From Paraglaciecola sp. (GTDB lineage Bacteria > Pseudomonadota > Gammaproteobacteria > Enterobacterales > Alteromonadaceae), in contig JAWUWP010000020.1 of the NCBI GenBank assembly GCA_034111785.1, positions 18,735 through 82,734 on the forward strand: a stretch of 64,000 bases of DNA, read 5' to 3'. This document shows, one piece after another, positions 10,798 to 20,831 of the stretch. Positions within the stretch are counted from its first letter, which is position 1; each line of letters begins with the position of its first letter. Position numbers and translations under genes: made by a program. A model generated the notes under the pieces. The model saw only the letters and a program-made list of their open reading frames with translations. It searched no databases and was not told where the DNA came from.

Positions 10798-11149
10798 GCC
10801 ATTAAACAAAGGCCAAGAGGCAGAGCGCTTAGCCCAGCAATTTCTGGAACAGCAAGGCCTTAGCTGTGTGACGACCAATTACCGTTGTAAGACAGGCGAA
10901 ATAGATTTAGTCATGCGCCAAGACGATCTATTAGTCTTTGTAGAGGTGAAATACAGAACCAACAGCAGTCACGGTTCGCCCATAGAATTATTTCATAAAA
11001 GTAAACGTCAAAAGTTTGAATCGGCAGTCAAACACTATTTGTTTACCAAGGGTTTAAACCCCAGTATTGTCGCACACAGGATCGACTTGGTGGGCATTGA
11101 GATGGACAACCATGGGCATAGCCAGATCAATTGGCTACAAGCTGTGTAG
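10784..11149 (+). CDS. yraN: YraN family putative endonuclease (UPF0102)
   Basis: G..AE..A..FL, NYRCK.GEIDLVM, LVFVEVKYR, RIDLVGI. Confidence 0.93.
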   Translation: MQWIKPLNKGQEAERLAQQFLEQQGLSCVTTNYRCKTGEIDLVMRQDDLLVFVEVKYRTNSSHGSPIELFHKSKRQKFESAVKHYLFTKGLNPSIVAHRIDLVGIEMDNHGHSQINWLQAV

Positions 11150-11194
11150 ACGTGATTATGATGGTAGAGCATCAACACTAGATTTAGGAGCCAT

Positions 11195-11788
11195 ATGTTA
11201 GAAAATATTAAAGCCAATTTTACAGAAAGCATACAGACTCAAATTGCGGCTATTGAGTTATTACCAGAAGCCATAGCACACGCCACCAATATGATGGTTA
11301 ATGCCCTGATAAACGGTGATAAAATCCTTTGTTGCGGGAATGGTCATGGTGCCGCTATTGCCCAACATTTTGCGTCGCTACTGCTCAATAGATTTGAGCG
11401 TGACAGACCCAGCTTGCCCGCCTTAGCATTAACCTGTGATGGCGTGACATTAACCTCGATAGGCAACGATCTGGGTTTTGATGATACTTTCTCAAAACAA
11501 GTCAGAGCATTGGGGCAAGCAGGTGACATATTATTTGTGGTCTGTGCCACTGGTGAGTCGCAGAATGTTATTAAGGCCATGGAAGCCGCATTGAGCAGAG
11601 ATATGACTATAGTCGCGTTAACTGGCAAGGATGGCGGTAAAATGGCTGGACTAGTCAGTCAACATGACGTTGAAATTCGTGTTCCGTCAAATCGAACTGC
11701 CCGTATTCAAGAAGTGCATCAACTGGTGGTACATAGTATTTGTGAGGGAATAGACAACAGTTTGTTCCCAGAAAATTTTCAGGAGTAA
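11195..11788 (+). CDS. diaA: DnaA initiator-associating protein DiaA / phosphoheptose isomerase-like SIS protein
   Basis: [39 protein letters not shown]. Lies between yraN and dolP. Confidence 0.82.
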   Translation: MLENIKANFTESIQTQIAAIELLPEAIAHATNMMVNALINGDKILCCGNGHGAAIAQHFASLLLNRFERDRPSLPALALTCDGVTLTSIGNDLGFDDTFSKQVRALGQAGDILFVVCATGESQNVIKAMEAALSRDMTIVALTGKDGGKMAGLVSQHDVEIRVPSNRTARIQEVHQLVVHSICEGIDNSLFPENFQE

Positions 11789-11791
11789 CGA

Positions 11792-12370
11792 GTGAAAAAA
11801 ATTAAAATAACGGGTCTAGCCTTAGTAGTCTCTGCATCTTTAATATTACAAAGCTGCGCAGGACTACTAATAGGTGCGGGGGTGGGAGCCGCTTCTGCTG
11901 CCTATGATAAACGTACCTTAGGCACACAACTAGATGATAAAACCTTAGCTAGCCGTATCTCAACGGCCTTATCAAACGATAAAAGCATTGAGGATCTAAC
12001 CAGTGTGTCGGTACAAGTGTTTAACCGTACGGCTTTATTGACCGGTCAAGCGCCTAGCCAAGAATTGATTAAACAGATCGAGCGCCATGTTGAAAAGATC
12101 GCCAATATCAAAAAGATCCATAACCAAGTGCGACTTGGCAGCCCCTTACCTGCCAGTGCCGTGGCTAACGATCTGTGGCTGGTCTCAAAAGTGAAAACCA
12201 TATTGATCGCTAATAAACAGATTGATGGACTCAATATCAACATCGCAGTTGAAAATGCCGAATTGTTTTTGATGGGGATAATTTCACAAAAGGATGCCGC
12301 GATAGTAGTGGAAATAGCGCGTAATATTCGGGGGGTAAAACAGGTAGTTAAGGCTTTCGACTACCAATAA
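11792..12370 (+). CDS. dolP: dual-BON-domain lipoprotein DolP/YraP
   Basis: Lipobox LQSC, DKRTLGTQLDD, two BON domains, GVKQVVKAF. Confidence 0.88.
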   Translation: MKKIKITGLALVVSASLILQSCAGLLIGAGVGAASAAYDKRTLGTQLDDKTLASRISTALSNDKSIEDLTSVSVQVFNRTALLTGQAPSQELIKQIERHVEKIANIKKIHNQVRLGSPLPASAVANDLWLVSKVKTILIANKQIDGLNINIAVENAELFLMGIISQKDAAIVVEIARNIRGVKQVVKAFDYQ

Positions 12371-12410
12371 TCCTTAGATAAATGGTTCATTACCTGTCAA
12401 TTAACCCATC

Positions 12411-12438
12411 AAAAAAAAGCACCTTAAGGTGCTTCTTT
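12411..12438. terminator. bidirectional terminator between dolP and sspB
   Basis: aaaaaaaaGCACC-ttaa-GGTGCttcttt. Confidence 0.8.
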
Positions 12439-12449
12439 GTAGGTTGCCG

Positions 12450-12854
12450 CTACTTAACCACAGTTAATGTAGGTTTACCTTTAAGAGGTTTTGGTGCAGG
12501 TGGTGCATCGCTGTCGTTGTCTAGACTGCTAGCCTCATCTATATTCTCATCAATCGTAAAAACGGTACCTGCACCATTCTCTTTGGCATAGATAGCCAAT
12601 ACTGCAGAACAGGGCACGACTAATTGCCGGGGTAGACCACCAAATCGTGCATCAAAAGTGATGGCATCTAAACCCAAATGCAATTGACCTGTAGAGCTTG
12701 GCGAAACGTTCAATACGATTTGCCCATCTTGTACAAACTCTTGCGGCACTTGCGTTCCTGGATAATGAGCATCGACCACTAAATAGGGTGTTAAATCATT
12801 ATCCACGATCCACTCGTAAAACGCGCGTAATAGGTAAGGTTGATTAGGGCTCAT
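12450..12854 (-). CDS. sspB: ClpXP adaptor SspB
   Basis: PYLLRAFYEWIVDN..TPYLVVDA, ARFGG, AIYAKENG.G, C-terminal P.L.VVK XB motif. Confidence 0.97.
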   Translation of the reverse strand: MSPNQPYLLRAFYEWIVDNDLTPYLVVDAHYPGTQVPQEFVQDGQIVLNVSPSSTGQLHLGLDAITFDARFGGLPRQLVVPCSAVLAIYAKENGAGTVFTIDENIDEASSLDNDSDAPPAPKPLKGKPTLTVVK

Positions 12855-12868
12855 AATACAGTCTTCAC

Positions 12869-13501
12869 TTACAATGGATTATGAATTTCGCGCTCTTGAT
12901 CGGTCAAAGAAGCTTTAAAAGATTCTCTTTCGAAGATGCGATTCATATAACCACGTACATCTTTGCTGCCGTTACCCGTCAGTTCGATCCCTAAAGCCGG
13001 CAAACGCCACAATAGAGGGGCTAAATAACAGTCCACTAAACTAAATTCTTCACTCATAAAGAAAGGCGTTTCAGCAAACAAAGGGGCTAAGGCTAACAAG
13101 GCTTCTCTAAGCTCATTGCGGGCTGAGGCTAGGTCGCCTTTACCGGCTAAAATCTGTTCTGCAAGTACATACCAATCGTTTTGAATTCTATGCATTGTCA
13201 AACGACTCTGGCCACGAGAAACTGGATATACGGGCATCAAAGGAGGATGAGGGAAACGCTCATCTAGATATTCCATGATGATATGGGAGTTATATAATAC
13301 TAGCTCACGATCCACTAAGGTTGGCACTGTACCATAAGGGTTAAGATCGATAAGGTCTTCTGGTAGGTTAGTAGGATCCGTATAAGAGATCTCAACACCT
13401 ACGCCCTTCTCTGCCAAGACTATCCGTGCCTGGTGACTGTATATGTCTATGGTATCTGAAAATAACGTCATGATAGAACGTTTATTTGTGGCTACAGCCA
13501 T
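12869..13501 (-). CDS. sspA: stringent starvation protein A
   Basis: MAVATNKRS.MTLFS, IMEYLDERFPHPPLMPVYPV. Confidence 0.98.
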   Translation of the reverse strand: MAVATNKRSIMTLFSDTIDIYSHQARIVLAEKGVGVEISYTDPTNLPEDLIDLNPYGTVPTLVDRELVLYNSHIIMEYLDERFPHPPLMPVYPVSRGQSRLTMHRIQNDWYVLAEQILAGKGDLASARNELREALLALAPLFAETPFFMSEEFSLVDCYLAPLLWRLPALGIELTGNGSKDVRGYMNRIFERESFKASLTDQEREIHNPL

Positions 13502-13604
13502 TTAACTATCTCCTAATTTTGCTTTGTGGTGCAATGCATAAGCATCACTGGCGCTGCCCTTTTAACATCTAGGAAAAAGGCCACAGACCACAGTTTTTGA
13601 ATCG

Positions 13605-13632
13605 AAAAGAAAGGGGACTAACAGTCCCCTTT
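13605..13632 (-). terminator. terminator after petC
   Basis: AAAGGGGACT-aac-AGTCCCCTTT stem, with a T-rich tail on the minus strand. Confidence 0.75.
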
Positions 13633-13681
13633 AAAAAATTTTGCAAACTATACACTAATTCCTAGAGCAATATCTGATGAA

Positions 13682-14416
13682 TTAGTGGACATCTCTCCAA
13701 TACTCTTTCTTCAGCAAGTAGACTAAAACTAAAAGCACTAACAAGAATATGAGTACCCAACGGCCGATCTCTTCTGATTGTAGACGTGAGGGCTCACCTA
13801 TATAGACTAAGTAATTCACCAAATCTAACACAGCAGTGTCGTATTCAGCAGCACTTAGCTCACCAGACCCGTCGCTTTTAATGCCAACATATCTATCGAC
13901 CATATCACCATCGATTAACATGCTTTCATAAGTTTGGCTCGGTATACCCTGCAATTCTTCTAACACATGTGGCATACCTACATCGGGGAAAACCGCATTG
14001 TTAACGCCAAATTTAGTACTGTCATCTGCGTAAAAGCTTCTTAGATACGTATAGATCCAATCTGCTCCGCGCACTCGAGCCACTAAAGTCAAATCGGGAG
14101 GCGGTGCACCAAACCACTTTTCGCCCGACTCTTTAGGCATACCATTTTTAATATGATCACCAGGCTTTTCACCTGTGAACTGTAAGTTTGCTTGACCTAT
14201 TTCTAAAGGGATACTCAAGTCCGAAAAGGTACGTTGGTAACGCTGATACTGAGTCTGGTGACAACCCAAACAATAGTTCATATATAACTTGGCACCGTTT
14301 TGCAAAGAGGCTTTGTCGGTTATATCATGCTGCGCTTTATCAAGGGGGACATTGCTGCCGGCTGCCAATACATTGATTGGCAGCAACATAGCTAAAATGA
14401 AAATTAACTGCTTCAT
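13682..14416 (-). CDS. petC: cytochrome c1
   Basis: Signal peptide, CLGCH heme motif, PPDLTLVARVRG, C-terminal TM and KKEYWRDVH. Confidence 0.97.
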   Translation of the reverse strand: MKQLIFILAMLLPINVLAAGSNVPLDKAQHDITDKASLQNGAKLYMNYCLGCHQTQYQRYQRTFSDLSIPLEIGQANLQFTGEKPGDHIKNGMPKESGEKWFGAPPPDLTLVARVRGADWIYTYLRSFYADDSTKFGVNNAVFPDVGMPHVLEELQGIPSQTYESMLIDGDMVDRYVGIKSDGSGELSAAEYDTAVLDLVNYLVYIGEPSRLQSEEIGRWVLIFLLVLLVLVYLLKKEYWRDVH

Positions 14417-15681
14417 TCTGTAATCCTCGCTGGAACCGGCTTAGTGACTTCGTTTTTGCTGTAGATATATAACAACAAGAAGAACCCAAAGTACATGATA
14501 GTTAAAATTTGCGAAGCCGTGATCTTCCATTGTTCTTGAGGCGTGCCACCAAGATAACCAAGGAAGATAAACACACCAGCAAAGGTTAATAGATTCCATC
14601 TATGTAACCCACAACGATAGCGCCAAGACTTCACTGTACCACGGTCAATCCAGGGCAATAATGCCAAGGCTATAATGGCCGAGAACATAGCAATAACCCC
14701 GCCCAACTTATGGGGTACGGCTTTTAATATTGCGTAGAAAGGCGTGAAATACCAAACAGGGAATATATGCTCAGGCGTTTTTAACGGATTAGCAATTTCA
14801 AAGTTAGGATGTTCAAGGAAGTAACCACCCATTTCTGGGGTAAAAAACATGATATAGCAAAACACTAATAAGAAGACACTAAAGCCAATCAGATCCTTAA
14901 GCACTATGTGCGGGAAGAATGGCACTATGTCATCGATAATATCGTACTTATCTGTGTAATATTCATGGATCTTAAATTTGGTTTTTTCTTGTTCAGTGAG
15001 TGAACCTTTTTTGCGTTTCACATCAGTACCATCAGGGTTATTTGAACCCACTTCATGTAAAGCGACTATATGTAAGAACACCAAAATGACTATTACTAAA
15101 GGCAGTGCAATCACATGTAAGGCAAAGAATCGGTTTAAGGTGGCCCCTGAGATAACGTAGTCACCTTGGATCCAAATAACCAGGTCAGGACCAATCACAG
15201 GAATAGCACTAAACAAAGAGACAATTACCTGTGCACCCCAATAGGACATTTGTCCCCAGGGTAGTACATAGCCCATAAAGGCTTCAGCCATAAGAGCGAT
15301 GTAGATAAACATCCCGAATAACCACAAGAGTTCTCTAGGCTTCTGGTAGGAGCCGTAGATCATGCCTCTGAACATGTGTAGATAGATCACAACAAAGAAA
15401 GCTGATGCCCCTGTACTGTGCATGTAACGCAGTAACCAGCCATATTCCACATCACGCATGATGTATTCAACAGAAGCAAATGCACCTTCAGCGGTAGGGT
15501 TGTAACTCATAGTTAACCAGATGCCAGTGACGATTTGGTTCACCAGCACTATTGTCGCTAGAAAGCCAAACATGTACCAAACGTTCATGTTTCGTGGCGC
15601 GGGGTATTGGATAGCGTGTTGATTAGCAACCCGCATGATTGGTAGACGATACTCAATCCAGTCCATCAAATTTTTCCACAT
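14413..15681 (-). CDS. petB: cytochrome b
   Basis: WLLRYMHSTGAS, GYVLPWGQMSYWGA, RFFALH, PVWYF (PEWY equivalent). Start taken at MWKN, 2 bp after the petA stop. Confidence 0.97.
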   Translation of the reverse strand: MWKNLMDWIEYRLPIMRVANQHAIQYPAPRNMNVWYMFGFLATIVLVNQIVTGIWLTMSYNPTAEGAFASVEYIMRDVEYGWLLRYMHSTGASAFFVVIYLHMFRGMIYGSYQKPRELLWLFGMFIYIALMAEAFMGYVLPWGQMSYWGAQVIVSLFSAIPVIGPDLVIWIQGDYVISGATLNRFFALHVIALPLVIVILVFLHIVALHEVGSNNPDGTDVKRKKGSLTEQEKTKFKIHEYYTDKYDIIDDIVPFFPHIVLKDLIGFSVFLLVFCYIMFFTPEMGGYFLEHPNFEIANPLKTPEHIFPVWYFTPFYAILKAVPHKLGGVIAMFSAIIALALLPWIDRGTVKSWRYRCGLHRWNLLTFAGVFIFLGYLGGTPQEQWKITASQILTIMYFGFFLLLYIYSKNEVTKPVPARITE

Positions 15682-15682
15682 C

Positions 15683-16315
15683 TTATGCTGCCCCCTCTTC
15701 TGAACCAATCAAAATAGTATTGTCATCGATAAACATATAAGGCGGCACCACTAAATTGAGACCTGCTGGCACATTTTCGAAAACGCGGCCTGCCATATCA
15801 AACTTGGAGCCATGACATGGACAGAAAAATCCTTCGGGGATACCTTCAACATATTCTTCAAAGGCACCGTCTTTAAGATGTTGTGGTGAACAACCCAAAT
15901 GGGTACAAATGCCTACCAGAACCAAAATTTCTTCTTTTAAAGAACGATGTTGATTCTTAGCAAAAGCCGGTTGTTGCTCTTCATCGGAGTTGGGATCTTT
16001 AAGTTGATCTTCGACCTGAGACAAGGTGGCAAGTAATTCAGGGGTCCTACGGGCAATCCATACTGGTTGACTGCGCCAAATCACTCGAATTAGTTGGCCT
16101 GGTTCAATCTTACTGATATCAGCTTCAACATCCGCACCTGCTGCCTTCGCCTTGATACTAGGGTTCCAAGACGCAATAAAAGGTACCGCAGCACCGACGA
16201 CACCGATACCACCGACAACAGAAGTAGCGACGGTTAAAAATCGACGTCTATTGTTGTTTTGCGGTTTTTCGCCAGCTTCAGACGGATCATTTGCATCTAA
16301 AGATACATTACTCAT
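15683..16315 (-). CDS. petA: ubiquinol-cytochrome c reductase Rieske iron-sulfur subunit
   Basis: Tat motif RRRFL, CTHLGC and CPCHGS. Confidence 0.98.
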   Translation of the reverse strand: MSNVSLDANDPSEAGEKPQNNNRRRFLTVATSVVGGIGVVGAAVPFIASWNPSIKAKAAGADVEADISKIEPGQLIRVIWRSQPVWIARRTPELLATLSQVEDQLKDPNSDEEQQPAFAKNQHRSLKEEILVLVGICTHLGCSPQHLKDGAFEEYVEGIPEGFFCPCHGSKFDMAGRVFENVPAGLNLVVPPYMFIDDNTILIGSEEGAA

Positions 16316-16541
16316 CCACTTTTCTCCGAGGGGTTGTTGGGGCTAACATTTTTAATTGTCTGTCGAATTGTGCGACATCAAACAATTAAAAAGTTTAGAT
16401 TGGGTCAGTAACAGAAAATGATAAAAGAAAACCCATATAAAAGACAAGGAAATTATAAATTAAATGAATAAATACCAAGACTTAATTGAATTTAGGCGGA
16501 ATATCAGCCGTTATAGAGGGCGTTGTATAAAAAACAGACAA

Positions 16542-16570
16542 TAAAAAACCCGGAAAAGCCGGGTTTTTTA
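16542..16570 (-). terminator. terminator after rpsI
   Basis: taaaaaaCCCGG-aaaag-CCGGGtttttta. Confidence 0.85.
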
Positions 16571-16588
16571 ATTTGTTGAGTCTGCCAA

Positions 16589-16981
16589 TTATCGTTTCGA
16601 GAATTGAGGACGCTTACGTGCTTTGTGAAGACCCACTTTCTTACGTTCAACTTTACGTGCATCACGAGTAACAAAACCCGCTTTACGTAATGCTGGACGA
16701 AGGGTTTCGTCAAATTCCATCAAGGCACGTGTAATGCCGTGACGAATTGCACCAGCTTGACCACTAATACCACCACCAGCAACAGTGATGTATATATCAA
16801 ACTTCTCAGTCATTTCAACTAGCTCTAGTGGTTGACGCACGATCATACGTGCAGTCTCACGACCAAAAAACTCGTCAAGAGGACGTTTATTAACAACTAT
16901 GTTGCCACTACCTGCACGAAGGAAAACACGAGCGGTAGAACTTTTGCGTCGGCCAGTGCCGTAATATTGATTATCTGCCAT
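16589..16981 (-). CDS. rpsI: 30S ribosomal protein S9
   Basis: [33 protein letters not shown]. Confidence 0.99.
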   Translation of the reverse strand: MADNQYYGTGRRKSSTARVFLRAGSGNIVVNKRPLDEFFGRETARMIVRQPLELVEMTEKFDIYITVAGGGISGQAGAIRHGITRALMEFDETLRPALRKAGFVTRDARKVERKKVGLHKARKRPQFSKR

Positions 16982-16993
16982 CTGTAATGCTCC

Positions 16994-17422
16994 TTAAAGG
17001 TCTAAAACTTGAGGCTGTTGAGCAGCATGATTGTGCTCAGGACCCGCATAGACTTTCATTTTGCGGAACATATCGCGTCCAAGTGGTCCTTTAGGCAACA
17101 TACCTTTAACCGCTTTTTCAATGATCATCTCTGGTCTGTGAGCTTGTAACTTTTCAAAGTTAGTCTCTTTAAGACCGCCTGGATAACCAGAATGAGAGTA
17201 ATAGATTTTGCCCTTGGCTTTATTGCCAGTAACCGTCACTTTCTCTGCGTTGATCACAACTATGTAATCGCCAGTGTCCACATGAGGTGTGTACTCAGGC
17301 TTGTGCTTGCCGCGTAAACGGCTAGCAATTTCAGTCGCTAAGCGACCAAGTGTTTTGTTTGCGGCGTCAACCACATACCATTCACGTTTTACCGTTTCTG
17401 GCTTTGCAACAAAAGTTTTCAT
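16994..17422 (-). CDS. rplM: 50S ribosomal protein L13
   Basis: [34 protein letters not shown]. Confidence 0.99.
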   Translation of the reverse strand: MKTFVAKPETVKREWYVVDAANKTLGRLATEIASRLRGKHKPEYTPHVDTGDYIVVINAEKVTVTGNKAKGKIYYSHSGYPGGLKETNFEKLQAHRPEMIIEKAVKGMLPKGPLGRDMFRKMKVYAGPEHNHAAQQPQVLDL

Positions 17423-17596
17423 GTAAAATTACCCGAAAAATTAAAATAAATCGTTACTTTCTTTCATGCTACATATTTACAATATAAATAATGTAACCTG
17501 CAAGAAACCGCTAAAAATCAATAATTTGACCCCTTCGAGTCCTATGATTCATCCACTTTCCCAAAGTGGGGGCAACTGGGCAGGGCGCGAATTATA
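17423..17596 (-). promoter_or_regulatory. rplM-rpsI promoter and 5' leader
   Basis: Minus-strand TATAAT (17591-17596) followed by a GC-rich discriminator TCGCGCCC. The leader contains TCGAAGGGGT (17529-17538), which I recall from the E. coli rplM leader. Confidence 0.6.
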
Positions 17597-17655
17597 CAGA
17601 AGTTAGGGCAAAACGCGAGGGTAAATATTAAGCTTTGCCAAGAAATATTGACTGT

Positions 17656-18462
17656 TTATCGTTTAGGCACTAACAACGCAGGATCCAATTTCACTTTAAA
17701 CCAGTTGATACGCCAGTCTAAATGCGCTCCAGTGACTCTGCCAGTGGCACCTATCTTTGCCACTAATTGGCCTTGTTGTACTCTTTGACCCGCTTGCACA
17801 TGACCTTGACTTAAATGAAGAAAGGTCGAGGACACGCCATGACCATGATCGATGATCATGGTGCCGCCAGAATAATACATGTCTGGCACAAACAGGGTGA
17901 CCACACCATCGGCAGGTGCATAGACAGCGGTGCCTGTTGGAGCCGCTACATCCACACCATAATGGGGCCTTTTCGGTATGCCGTTAAATACTCGCCTACT
18001 GCCATATACACCGCTAATGGGTCCGGATGCTGGCCAAATAAAGTCCTGAGTGAAGTCTATTCTATTATCATCAGTGCGCCGGGCTGCTGCCACCTGTTGG
18101 TTATCTTTCTTTATTCTGTTGCTGACTGTTTTGGGTGGGCTGACATATTTATTGGCCACCCCTTCGATCTTCTGTTCTTGGTAAGTTCTGGCTGTTAATT
18201 GAATGGCTTGGGTGTGTAGTTGCCCATCCTTACGTTGCCATTTAAGTTGGTGAGTCAGACCTGCATCTCGACCAAAGCCAAAAACAAAGTGGCCTTGAGG
18301 GGATACTTTCAAGGCCTGTTTGCCCAGCCATACTTGACTGCCAACCGGCACTTGACCGCGAATCAGACTGCCTTGAATTAAGTCACCTTTTAGGTCCAAA
18401 TCTGCGGCTAATACATTATTAAAGGCAAACAAATATAGAATGGTGAGTGCTAACTTAAGCAT
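17656..18462 (-). CDS. M23 family metallopeptidase
   Basis: Signal peptide, HYGVD (HxxxD), IDHGHG, HL, GRVTGAHLDW. Confidence 0.93.
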   Translation of the reverse strand: MLKLALTILYLFAFNNVLAADLDLKGDLIQGSLIRGQVPVGSQVWLGKQALKVSPQGHFVFGFGRDAGLTHQLKWQRKDGQLHTQAIQLTARTYQEQKIEGVANKYVSPPKTVSNRIKKDNQQVAAARRTDDNRIDFTQDFIWPASGPISGVYGSRRVFNGIPKRPHYGVDVAAPTGTAVYAPADGVVTLFVPDMYYSGGTMIIDHGHGVSSTFLHLSQGHVQAGQRVQQGQLVAKIGATGRVTGAHLDWRINWFKVKLDPALLVPKR

Positions 18463-19330
18463 AAGCGATGGCCCCTTTTCCTACCCCTTCAAATGCCATT
18501 ACTTTAAAGTGACTATCGGCACTCATCCGTTTATGTTCGTCGGCCATATATTGGGCTAAACACTCTACTGTAGTGTCGGTATCAAGGAGTTCAGACTCGA
18601 GCTTGGGGATGGCTAATTCATACCGGCCTTGAGAGGCCGCATAGGCAAACACATGATGCTCAGAAAGAATATTGCTATGGTGACTCATAGTGGTTTCTTG
18701 CACAGGTACGATATCTTCTGCGGAGCCAATATAAATATCAGCCCAACGTTTAGCCCAATAATCTTGCCATTGAATGTTTTCCTTATCATTTTCAAACACT
18801 CGGACTTTTGATCTATGTCCATGAGCAATGCGTTGGCAATTACCGTCATGTTTTTTTAGGCCGTGAGTGTAATGATAAAAAGGTGTCTGGATCACCTCAG
18901 TACGTAAGGTTAGTTCGATTCCCAGCACATTCTCAGGTAAATGCGTGGCGATCACATCTTGCAAGTAATCACTGACTGAAGACATAGTGACAGTGGTGGC
19001 GTACACAAAAGCATAAGCCTCGGCTGGGCAGTTTAGATGGATTGAACCTTGGTCTGGGCGCATAAAATCCACTGTTACTCTGTCGGTTTTCTGATCGTGT
19101 TCTATCTGACTATACTGATGCTCTACCGGCACTAACAATTTGTGATCGATGTATTCATCAATAAGATGTTTCAACTGCTTTTTGACTTTGCCAAAATCCA
19201 ACACCATGCTTTCTTCATTTAAATCGCCGCTTAAGATCACATCGACAATCCAACTCTCCCCAACCATGCCCCTTTGGGCACATAAGTAGGAGAAATCCAT
19301 AACGGTTAAATCATTCACAAATAACTGCAT
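18455..19330 (-). CDS. QueD-like 6-carboxytetrahydropterin synthase (double-length T-fold protein)
   Basis: MVLDFGKVK...DHKL, HYTHGLKKHDGNCQRIAHGH, DTTVECLA. Confidence 0.75.
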   Translation of the reverse strand: MQLFVNDLTVMDFSYLCAQRGMVGESWIVDVILSGDLNEESMVLDFGKVKKQLKHLIDEYIDHKLLVPVEHQYSQIEHDQKTDRVTVDFMRPDQGSIHLNCPAEAYAFVYATTVTMSSVSDYLQDVIATHLPENVLGIELTLRTEVIQTPFYHYTHGLKKHDGNCQRIAHGHRSKVRVFENDKENIQWQDYWAKRWADIYIGSAEDIVPVQETTMSHHSNILSEHHVFAYAASQGRYELAIPKLESELLDTDTTVECLAQYMADEHKRMSADSHFKVMAFEGVGKGAIAYA

Positions 19331-19420
19331 AAAAACGTATATTTACCTTATTCAATGTTGGCCTAGGGGCCTATAGGTTTATGTGGTAGATCTTGACTGA
19401 GTGCGAGTATACCTTAGTTG

Positions 19421-20476
19421 TTAGCCTTGTGACTTAAGCAACTGATCTTTTAAATTTGGTGGCACACCCCTAATCATTAAAGTATCTGAGCCTGCATCAT
19501 AACTGACTCGATCTCCCAATAGCTGCCGTTCAAAGCTCAGCGCAATACCGCCACCTTGACCACTGAACTTGGCTAAGGTTTTAAGTACCGAACGGTCCGC
19601 CTGAAACTTTTCTTCCACAGGCAACTCAGCATTCTGGTTAAAATCCTCAAAACTCAAATGATCACTAGGTAATTTGCTAGCCAATTCTTGGATCTGAATA
19701 TCCTCACCTAATTCCAGCTTTTCTTTGTAGTAATTAGACACCGTTTCTCTGGCCCGATGTTTTTCTTCACCATCGAGTTGCTCTGCCGCTAAAAATGCAT
19801 CAACAGTACTGAGTAGCTGCTTATTTTGCTGTTTAATATCGACCAATTCTTCGCAACCCACAAAGTGCATAAAAAAGTCAGAGACTTTACGACCCATACG
19901 GCCTTTAATAAAGCTAACATAACGCAATTGCTCTGCGCTTACCGCTAACTGTGTCAAATCAATTCGCACCGCTAACTGCATCTTCGCCAAATCTAAATGA
20001 TCGCTGCTGGTTAACTCTAATGCACCGTTAATTTCTACATGTTGCTTAGTATTAATAATGGCTATCATTAAATAGTCAGTGGCCAAAAACTGATAATGAC
20101 TAAAGACCACAAAGCCGGTTTCTAAGGTGCCAGTATCTAATAAGGATTTTTTTAATAATGCACTGGCCTGAATACTAAATTCAACAAAATCTTGTCTATC
20201 GGCTAACATTTCAGCTAATAATGTGGCGAATTGCACAGGATGAGGTACCAAACCCTGTTCCTGATTGGGTTTGTCACCCTCTTGTGGGTCAGTGAGCTCG
20301 ACAAATCCCCCCACCCCTTTGCTGGGTTTAGTATTAAAGGCATGATTGATTTGTTGGGCTAGGTTCTCTATCTCAGGGGTGACGTCAAAACAACTGTTTC
20401 TAGGCACCAGTGTTAATTGTTGCTGCTCATTAACGGCCAATTGATGTACAACAAAATGATGGATTAACGCACTCAC
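19421..20476 (-). CDS. yejK: nucleoid-associated protein YejK (NdpA)
   Basis: HLDLAKMQLAVRIDL, YVSFIKGRMGRKVSDFF, GVPPNLKDQL. Confidence 0.95.
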   Translation of the reverse strand: MSALIHHFVVHQLAVNEQQQLTLVPRNSCFDVTPEIENLAQQINHAFNTKPSKGVGGFVELTDPQEGDKPNQEQGLVPHPVQFATLLAEMLADRQDFVEFSIQASALLKKSLLDTGTLETGFVVFSHYQFLATDYLMIAIINTKQHVEINGALELTSSDHLDLAKMQLAVRIDLTQLAVSAEQLRYVSFIKGRMGRKVSDFFMHFVGCEELVDIKQQNKQLLSTVDAFLAAEQLDGEEKHRARETVSNYYKEKLELGEDIQIQELASKLPSDHLSFEDFNQNAELPVEEKFQADRSVLKTLAKFSGQGGGIALSFERQLLGDRVSYDAGSDTLMIRGVPPNLKDQLLKSQG

Positions 20477-20588
20477 AGTGATTCCTTAATTTTTAGCTAA
20501 AAGCCTTAGTTCGTTTGATTCGCATTTTTGCCCTAGCGTTGTTATTATCACACCAGAAACATTTGCCATCAATATTGAGCCTAGTTAC

Positions 20589-20807
20589 ATGCCACGACAA
20601 TCCAAATACTCTGACAATCAATTTGAAGCCATAATGCATGACATCATCATTGTTTTAGAGAAACACAAAGCCAATCGAGACTTGTCTATGATGGTGTTAG
20701 GCAATATGATCACCAATATTTTCAACCAGCAGGTTAGTGAAAATCAGCGACAGCAAATGGCTGAACAGTTTACACAAGTGCTGTTAAAAAGTATCAATGC
20801 AAAATAA
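20589..20807 (+). CDS. yejL: YejL (DUF1414) protein
   Basis: MP..SKYSD, VLEKHKA..DLSMMVLGN. Synteny with yejK and yejM. Confidence 0.93.
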   Translation: MPRQSKYSDNQFEAIMHDIIIVLEKHKANRDLSMMVLGNMITNIFNQQVSENQRQQMAEQFTQVLLKSINAK

Positions 20808-20831
20808 AAAAGTTAAAGGTCAAGCCCCCCT

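Noticed and set aside
14930-15030. Charged insertion in cytochrome b as a novelty
   Set aside because: As I recall, similar loop insertions are usual in Alteromonadales PetB, and the frame is intact.
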